33,771 nt of DNA from Candidatus Acidiferrales bacterium (GTDB lineage Bacteria > Acidobacteriota > Terriglobia > Acidiferrales > UBA7541), in the NCBI GenBank assembly GCA_049516275.1, contig JBEKTG010000001.1, positions 1 through 33,771 on the forward strand, given 5' to 3'. Shown piece after piece: positions 9,784 to 18,300 of this stretch. A program made the translations under genes and the position numbers. Position 1 is the stretch's first letter, and every line of letters starts with the position of its first letter. A model generated the notes under the pieces. That model saw nothing but the letters and a program-made list of their open reading frames with translations, was not told the DNA's origin and searched no databases.

Positions 9784-10761
9784 CTATTCGTCTTGATTGG
9801 ATGGGGCTGGCTTGACGCCAGTCGCCCGCCAACGGCGTCCTAAGGCTGGAATGATTGCTCCTCCGATGTTCGCAAGATTCATGTCGGGAAGGGGCGGTCT
9901 CTCGGACTTTGGGTTGATGGAGCGAATCAGCGAACCGAACAGACGAAGATGCGCTTTCAACTTTTCTCCAAGAGAGTGCGGAGATTGTTTCCCGCTGGCC
10001 TGAATCACCAGCAAGGTCACATCATCGTCGGATAGATTCTCAGGATAACGTTCCGCAATTTCCTTCAAAACCGCAACGCTCAACTTTGACGGTTCCAAGT
10101 CTCCCAGCAAGCGAACGATACGCAGCAACCCAGCTTCGCCCAGCATTTCGCCGTCCGCGTCGCGGGATTCAATAAGCGCATCTGTATAGCCGATCAGGCA
10201 ATCGCCGGGCTGTAATTCGACGTCAAACTGTTCGTAGAGCGCCATGTCCATGATTCCGAGCGGGATGTTGCTGGGCTTGCTTGGGTCGGCCGTATCTTCG
10301 TCGCCCAGGAAACTCCATTGGCGAGACGCTGCCCGGTACAGAAAGGGCCGCGGATGGCCGGCGTTGCACACCATCAAGCGCCCGGTGGAAGCAAAGAAAG
10401 TGGTCACAATCGCGGTTGCAAACGTTCCGGCCTGCGACAGCGCAGTGAACTGCTGATTGAGCAATCGCACGAATTCGGATTGGTCCAGATGATTGACGAA
10501 CCGCCGCATCAGCGTCCGCAGGTCGGCAGCAATCGCGGCCACGGCAATTCCGTGTCCCGAAACGTCGGCCAGCAGCAGTCTGCTGATACGGCCGGTGGCA
10601 CAGCTCGACGCGTAGTAGACATCCCCGCCGCGCGGGGCCTGTCCGTAGGGCTTGCTATAAACCCATACGTTCAACCCACCGAATTCAACCGCACGCGAAG
10701 TCAGTTGGCTCCCGCCCCATACTTCCATGCACTGCATCCGTTGTGGAGGTAAGTCGGTCAC
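9784..10761 (-). CDS. SpoIIE/PP2C-family protein serine/threonine phosphatase (stand-alone catalytic domain)
   Basis: 325 aa. MQCMEVWGGSQ...GGDVYYASSCATGRISRLLLADVSGHGIAVA...FATAIVTTFF...VCNAGHPRPFLY...GYTDALIESRDADGEMLG...DDDVTLLV are the metal-binding Asp blocks of the RsbU/SpoIIE clade. Confidence 0.88.
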   Translation of the reverse strand: MTDLPPQRMQCMEVWGGSQLTSRAVEFGGLNVWVYSKPYGQAPRGGDVYYASSCATGRISRLLLADVSGHGIAVAAIAADLRTLMRRFVNHLDQSEFVRLLNQQFTALSQAGTFATAIVTTFFASTGRLMVCNAGHPRPFLYRAASRQWSFLGDEDTADPSKPSNIPLGIMDMALYEQFDVELQPGDCLIGYTDALIESRDADGEMLGEAGLLRIVRLLGDLEPSKLSVAVLKEIAERYPENLSDDDVTLLVIQASGKQSPHSLGEKLKAHLRLFGSLIRSINPKSERPPLPDMNLANIGGAIIPALGRRWRATGVKPAPSNQDE

Positions 10762-11238
10762 GGCTCGGGATTATAGCTCAAGAATTTGTCCCGGTTCTTG
10801 GCTAGAGAGTGGCTTCCGGCCATTTCTTTGCGCGTAAGCATGACTGATGAAAGACTAGGCCACATCAACGGTTGGATAGCTTTCGATATATTCCTCTCCC
10901 TGTGAACCGTAGTATGTACATCGCCGAGCGATAAAATCGACCTATGACGCAGCAGCCGCTCGAACAGCATCCTTCGCGGTCTGTTTGGAAAAACTGCGAT
11001 CCCTTGCAGCCAAACCAGGCTGGCGCCCAGCCGCTCCGCTTCGGGAAGCTAACGGGGGCGGTAAGATCCCGTGTGTAACTAAACGCTTCAAGAGCATTCT
11101 TGGATTCGATTAGATTCAAGAACGACTGTTATTACTAACAGCTTGATCAAAGTCCGGATTACGGTTCTTCTGTTGTCAAAGTTCGAGTTGCGCTGGGCGC
11201 AAGAGCTTGGTAAGTCCTCTGATGAGGAGATTAACCGG

Positions 11239-11928
11239 ATGCATAATTTGAGTGCGGCTCGTCCTGCAACTGAACCCCTCTCAGTCGGGCTGTTCAAGGG
11301 TCTTGGCAATCGCGAGATTTGTGCAATCCGCACGGCGGCAACCAAGCGAACATTTGAGGCGTCTCAAATCATCAAAGATGCGGAGCAACCTGCGATGCAT
11401 CTCTTTCTCGTAGAGGCGGGCTATGTGGACTACTTCGTCTTAACAAACGACGGACGAGAAATTTTGCTACGGCGGCTCGTGCCCGGGAATGCGTTCGGGT
11501 GCGCCGCTTTGCTTACTGAGCCGAATGGTTATTTCGGTACGGCTAGAGCGGTCCACAAAACTGAGATGCTCCTGTGGGAGCACCGAGTAGTACGTCAACT
11601 TGCAGCGGCCTATCCCCGGCTGGTCGAAAACGCCCTCCACGCCTCTTTGCACTACCTCGCTCTGTATGCAAAGAGGCACATCCGGCTCGTATCGAACACG
11701 GCGCAGGAAAAAGTAGCACACGCATTGACTAACCTTGGATCGCGGACAGGACACGTGCTCCCCGGCGGGGTGGAAGTGGACATCAAAAACGAGGACCTAG
11801 CATCCTTGGCTGACGTGAATTTCTACACCGTTAGCCGGATTTTAGCAGCATGGGAAAGTCAAAAGGTAGTGTCAAAGAGCCGGGGGAAAGTGCTCATTCG
11901 GTGCCCTGAGAGGATGCTGGCAGCATAG
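11239..11928 (+). CDS. Crp/Fnr-family transcriptional regulator (cNMP-binding domain plus C-terminal HTH)
   Basis: LFKGLGNREICAIRTAA...MHLFLVEAGYVDYFVLTNDGREILLRRLVPGNAFG (beta-roll), and a C-terminal HTH DLASLADVNFYTVSRILAAWESQKVV. ATG at 11239 is preceded by GAGGAG. The track ORF begins at TTG 11143. Confidence 0.88.
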   Translation: MHNLSAARPATEPLSVGLFKGLGNREICAIRTAATKRTFEASQIIKDAEQPAMHLFLVEAGYVDYFVLTNDGREILLRRLVPGNAFGCAALLTEPNGYFGTARAVHKTEMLLWEHRVVRQLAAAYPRLVENALHASLHYLALYAKRHIRLVSNTAQEKVAHALTNLGSRTGHVLPGGVEVDIKNEDLASLADVNFYTVSRILAAWESQKVVSKSRGKVLIRCPERMLAA

Positions 11929-12377
11929 ACCTGGGAAACCTCTCCTCCTCACGCAGTCCTTATCGCATATGTGCCCAGAACGAAACGGTATTACAAACAC
12001 TTCGAAAACGAATCTTGATCACGGTTCCTCGCTTTTGAAACGGACGGTTCGGCTGCGAAAATACTCTCTAAACGCTCTGTTCGAGCAAGGTTTAATGCCT
12101 TGAACGGTCAACCCTTTCCGGGCGGAGCCTTGGGGCCGGTATCACTTTCTGCTGTTGCCTCTCTTGCTCACCTGCCGCTGGGGTCGTGGAGCATCCGGAT
12201 ATGAGTAGCACGCACGCGAGTACTATCAGTAATAGGTGTACCCCGTTTTCTATTGCTGAGAATTCACTTGTGCCCGACGCCTAGTAACGATAGCCTCGCA
12301 GGATAAATTTCCTCCAATCAATAGAAGGTTTCGACCCTGGTGTCGGCTCTGTTGCGTAGAGCCGTTGTCTACGTGCG

Positions 12378-15300
12378 TTGGTGCCGCAGGCGTGCAACGC
12401 GAAGTTCATGCTGCTTAGCGGGGGTATCGTCATAAGCGCAAGCGCGGGATGCGGCTTTGCCGGCCAGACCAAGATACTTCGCCTCTGGGTTCACCTCAGC
12501 CTGGCGGCGGTGTGGTTCTTCCTGTGCTGCACGTTCGCTTCGGCTCAAACGCAGCCGGTGCAATCCTACGATTTGAATACGTATGTCCCCACGTTGGAAG
12601 GGCAGTGGGAGGGGATTCGCTATGCGTCGGATGGGAACGTTTATTTTGCGAGTTCCACGCAGGATGCGCACCACGGCGCTGCTTTTTTCAAATTTAATCC
12701 CAACACGAATCAGCTCACCGTCCTCGCTCCGGACATCACCGTAATTTGCGGCGAAGATCCGTACACGAATCCGCAAGGCAAGATTCACAGTGACATCGTC
12801 GAGGCGAATGGCTGGCTTTACTTCTCGACGCACTTTGCCAGCGACCTTCCTGGCGCCTACACCACCTGGACCGGATCGCACTTGATCGGTTATCAGCTGT
12901 CGACAGGGAACTTTCGCGACTTCGGAGTGATTTATCCCAACTACGATTCCTACTCCGCAGTTGGCGTTGATCCGGTGCGGAATTACATCTACGTTTTTGT
13001 AACCGGCGAGAGCGCCGGCCAAGTGTCCTACATTTTTCGCTTCGATGCAGCGACTGGCGCAAAAACCAATCTCGGCCAAGTCGGGGGAGAGTTTGCCGCC
13101 TGTTTGTGGATGTTCGTGGACCAGCGGGGTGACGCGTGGTTCTCTCCGCAATACGGGAACGGCGTTTTGTACCGGGTGGAAGGTGCCACGGGCAACATCG
13201 ATGTTTATCAAAATGAGTTGCCGCCGAACTATCTCTGGAATGAAAACGAGATCGATCCAAGCAGCAGCGATCAGGCAGGGCGCTACATCCAGTGGATGCA
13301 GCCGCTCGATGGTAATCGCGCTGTTTTCTCACTGGGCGGCGGCATGCTCTATATGTTCGACTCCAGCAAGGTGATCGGCTCCGGCCTGGAATTCACGAAC
13401 ATCCAGTGGATTGGCTACAACTACATCGGCATGGCCGTGGGCAATAATCGCGTCTTTTGGTACCAGCGGGCCAACAACGGTTACGGCCATCAGGGCGACG
13501 ACGCTCCGCCGGGCACTCCGGTCGCAGACTTTCACCTCATGAGCGTCTCGCTCGATCCCGCAACTGGCTACGCGATCACCGACCACGGCCTCATTCAGGA
13601 CCAGAATGGACGCCTGGTTTGGCGAGTGCCGAGCATGATGACGGACGGGCACTCCCGCGTGTTCATGACCGGCGATTGGTGGCTTAATCCCGGCGATGTC
13701 GGCACTCTCCAATACACCTATACGAATGGCGTCGAGTCCTATGTGCCGCTGGACCGCGGGGAGTTCTTCGCCATGGCTAGTCACGTGATCCAGGATACGC
13801 TCACCATTCAATCGACTCCGGTGGCTGGCGCGCCGATCACCGGCACTGTGACGCAGAATACGAATGCCAGCATACAGCTCGACGACGGGACCGCGGTGAC
13901 CCTCACCGCGCCGGCCACATTCACCTCCGGCAGCAAGGTCTATTCGTTCGGCAATTGGCAATTGAACGGAGTCGCGCAAGTTGGCAATACGATTTCGTTT
14001 CAGCTCAACGCCAATGCTACCGCCATCGCGGTTTACACCTATTCGAGAACTTCCACCGTGGCGGTGACGCCTCCCAGCACGACTTTATATCAAGGCCAAA
14101 CGCAGCAGTTTGCCGCAACCGTGCAGAATGTGCCGAACCAACCGGTGACATGGTCGTTGAGTCCGAATGTTGGAACCTTATCGACTTCGGGGTCTTATGC
14201 GGCACCGGTTGCCATCACCGCAGCCCAGGTCGTAGTTGTAACAGCGACGAGCACAGCCGATTCAACCCAGTCTGCCACTGCGCTCATGCAACTGGAGCCG
14301 CCGGTTTCTGTTTCCGTCGCGCCTGCGACGGCGACGCTTGGCCGCTACCAGCCTCAGCAATTCACCGCTGCTGTGCAGAATTCAACCAATCAATCGGTCG
14401 CCTGGACGATCAGCCCGGCTACCGGAACCATCTCTTCCACGGGTGTTTATCTGGCGCCGTCGACCATTGCCTCGCAAACGACGGTCACCGTAACCGCGAC
14501 CAGTGTTATGGATCCAACGAAGTTTACTGCGTCCGTCGTTACCCTGGTCCCGAGCGCGGACCATTATGTTTCTCCCACCGGTACCCCGGCGGGCGACGGA
14601 AGCATGGGCAATCCCTGGGATTTGCAAACCGCTTTGAATCAGCCGTCATCTGTCGCGCCGGGAGACATCATTTGGCTTCTCGCGGGGACCTACAAAGGCA
14701 ACTTTGTAAGTCTGCTCAACGGAACGGCCACCGCGCCGATCATAGTGCGGAATTTTAGCGGGCAGCGCGCCACTCTCGATGGCAGCGGGTGCGGATTGCT
14801 GGTGCTTACGGTCAACGGTACCTATTCGTGGTTCTGGGGATTGGAGGTCCAGGATTCCGCGGACGACCGCATCGGCTTAGGCGCGTGTCCCGCTTTTGGC
14901 GTCGGAGTATACGGCGGTCCCGGAGACCAGTTCATCAACATGGTCGTGCACGACACCGGTGAGGGCTTCAGTGCCTACAACGCGTCTCCGAGCTCCGAGT
15001 TTTACGGAAATATCGTTTACTACAACGGTTTCGTAGGCCCCACCCGCAATATGGGCCACGGGATGTATTTTCAGAACAGCACCGGGACGAAGGTCGTTGC
15101 GAATAACTTCGTCGGGGACAATGCGTTTGAAGGCATTCAAATCTATGGTAGCGGCACGGCATCCATCGTTGGTTTCAACGTAACCGGCAACACTTTGTAC
15201 GATACAGATTCGTGGCCTACTCCCAATTACCAGTACAACCTGATCATCGCCGGCGGCGCGGAGCGCCAGAATATCCAGGTGGAGAACAATTACAGCTACT

Positions 15301-18300
15301 TCCCCTCCACGGCGACCACGGGCTACGTCAACGTGGGCCAGTACACGCCGGGCCTGGACGCAACCATAACAAACAATGTTTTTGCCGGCGGCTACTCGGG
15401 CTTCAGCATGGACGGGCAGACCGGACCGGTGGTGTTCACGGGAAACGTGGTTTCCACCAACCCGGCTTCGCCGGCGACGGTCGGGATCGGGTTGTTCAGC
15501 GGGCAAAATTTCGCCGACTATGTGTGGAACAACAACACCTACTACGGCGGGGATGTCTTCTCCACAGCCGGCTACGACGGAAACAACTTTTCCGGCATTC
15601 AATACCTGACGTTCCAGGGCTGGCAGTCGTCGACAGGATTTGACTCCAATAGCACTTTTACCCCGAGCGCTCCCACGGGATCGTGGGTCTATGTGCAGCC
15701 CAATAATTACGAACCCAAGCGCGCCAATATCACGGCCTATAACTGGAACTCGGCTGCGAGCGTCAGTGCGAGCCTGTCGGGAATCCTCAGTCCCGGCGAC
15801 CAGTATGTGATCCAGGATGCGCAGAATTTTTACGGGCCGCCAGTGGCCGGCGGCATATACGCCGGGGGTTTGACGACCATCCCGATGGTTGGCTTGCCCA
15901 AGGCCGCGCCCCTTGGATTCCCGGCGCCGGCGCACACGGCGCCACAGTTTGGCACCTTCGTGGTGATGACCACCACGTCGCTCTCGCCCGTGGGGCTTTC
16001 GCCCGTCGTGGTGACGCTCCATCAAGGCCAGTCGCAAACATTTACCGCGGTAGTGCTGAACTCGCCCGGGCAAGCGGTCAACTGGTCGATCAGCCCGCAG
16101 GTAGGGAGCATTTCCAGCGCGGGTGTTTACGCTGCGCCCGCTGCGGTCGCAACGACTCAGGTGGTCACCCTTACGGCCACCAGCACCGCGGACTCAACTA
16201 AATTCGGCACCGCGACGATCACTTTGGTGAGCACTGCGAATGTAGCTTTCGTGGGTACGGACGCTCTGACGAAAGGCAATTGGCAGAATGTCTACGGAGC
16301 GAACGGATATTCCCTCGCGAACGGTCCCCAGAGCCTTCCGCCCTACGATTCGGCCTTCACGGTCCAGGGCCAGTCGAACTACACGTGGACGTCTAATACC
16401 ACCGACGTGAGGGCGCTGCAGAACGGCGCGATGCGGCTGGCGGCGGCATGGTACAGCGCCACGACCTTCAGTTTCGACGTCAATCTTACCGATGGCAACA
16501 CACACCAGATTTCGCTCTACGCGCTCGATTGGGACAACTATGGCGGCGGAAGAACGGAAAAGGTGCAGGTCATCGACGTAGGAACAAACACTGTTCTGGA
16601 CACTCGCACGATTTCCGCTTTCAACAACGGGATCTACCTGGTCTGGAATATATCGGGGCACGTAAAGATCCTCGTCACCAACACCGGATCGAACGCCGTG
16701 CTGAGCGCGGTGTTCTTCGACCCGGTGTCTACCGGTAAGATCACGCCGACGATCACGTGGACCACGCCGGCGCCCATCGCGCAGGGCATCGCGCTTAGCG
16801 CCACACAGCTGGATGCGGTGGCGACCGTAAGCGGGACGTCCATCGCAGGCACCTTCGCCTATAACCCAGCCGCGGGTGCCGTGCTCGGCTCCGGGACCCA
16901 AACGCTGTCCGTGACGTTCAATCCCAGTGACACGACGGATTACCAGGCGGCGAGCGCCACCGTCACGCTGACCGTGAATCCGGGCGCGCCTAGCGCGCAG
17001 GCGAGCTTTGTTGGCTCCGATACCACCACGCAGGGAAGCTGGAGGGTCAAGTACGGAGCAGATGGATTTGCCATTGCGAACGACTCTCAGAGCCTTCCCA
17101 GCTATGATCCGACTTTTGCGCCGGCGGGACAGTCGAACTACACGTGGGCCAGTTCCACGACCGACCCCCGGGCGCTGCAGAACGGCGCGAACACGGGAAG
17201 AATCGCGGCGACATGGTTCAGCACCTCAAGCTTCAGCTGTGACGTCAATTTGACCGATGGAAAGACGCATCAGGTCGCGCTGTACGCGGTGGATTGGGAC
17301 AACTACGGCGGACGCGCCGAAAACGTGCAGATACTGGACGCGGGAACAGGAACGTCGCTTGACCAGCGCAGCATTTCGCAGTTTGTTAACGGCGTCTACC
17401 TGATCTGGAGCATCTCCGGGCACGTGAAGATCAACGTCGTGCTGACGGGCGGCGGGAATGCCGTGGTGAGCGGGGTATTCTGGGGCGGGGCGAGCACGAC
17501 GCAGATCACGCCTACTCTTTCCTGGGCCGCCCCGGCTGCGATTACTTACGGGGCTGCGCTGAGCGGTACGCAGTTGAATGCCGCCGCCAGCTACGGGGGG
17601 GCGGGTGTGCCGGGTTCCTACGTTTACACGCCCGCGGCGGGGGCGGTTTTGGGAGCGGGAAGCCAGACGCTATCGGTCACGTTCACCCCGACTGACAACG
17701 TGACTTACAAGCCGGTCAGCACTACCGCTTCGCTGGTGGTGAATCAGGCTGTGCCGGTGATCTCCTGGGCTACGCCGGCCCCGATTACCCAGGGCACTGC
17801 CCTGAGCGGCACTCAACTGGATGCTACGGAGACCGCGAATGGTTCGGCGATCGCCGGGAGTTTTGTCTATACGCCCGCGTTGGGAGCTGTGCTGGGCTCG
17901 GGGAGCCAGACTTTGTCGGTGACTTTTACGCCGTCTGACACCATGGACTATAAGCCGGCTAGTGCGACGGTGATGATTGCCGTCAACGCGGCGGTATCCG
18001 TCAGCGCGCAGGCGAGCTTTGTTGGATTCGACACGGCCACGCAGGGCACCTGGAAGGGGAAATACGGCACCGATGGCGATTCGATCGCTAACGATTCGCA
18101 GAGCCTTCCCGGCTACGCGGCATTTTCAATGCTGAACCAGTCGAACTACACATGGCTACCGAGCTCCACCGATCCGCGCGCGCTGCAGATGGGTAGCGGG
18201 ACCGGAAGAATCGCGGCCACGTGGTTCAGCGCCTCGTCGTTTACGTTCGATGTGAATCTCACGGATGGGGGCACGCACCAGATTGCGTTGTATGCTCTCG

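Noticed and set aside
11143-11150. TTGATCAA palindrome upstream of the crp/fnr gene as an FNR/CRP box
   Set aside because: It lacks the 4-nt spacer of the TTGAT-N4-ATCAA consensus. An 8-bp palindrome alone is weak evidence.
12181-12191. gggtcgtggag, resembling the tRNA-Pro 3' part (ggggcgtggag), as a possible attL
   Set aside because: Only 10 of 11 nt match and similarity stops immediately on both sides. That is too short and imperfect to call an att repeat without a proper search.
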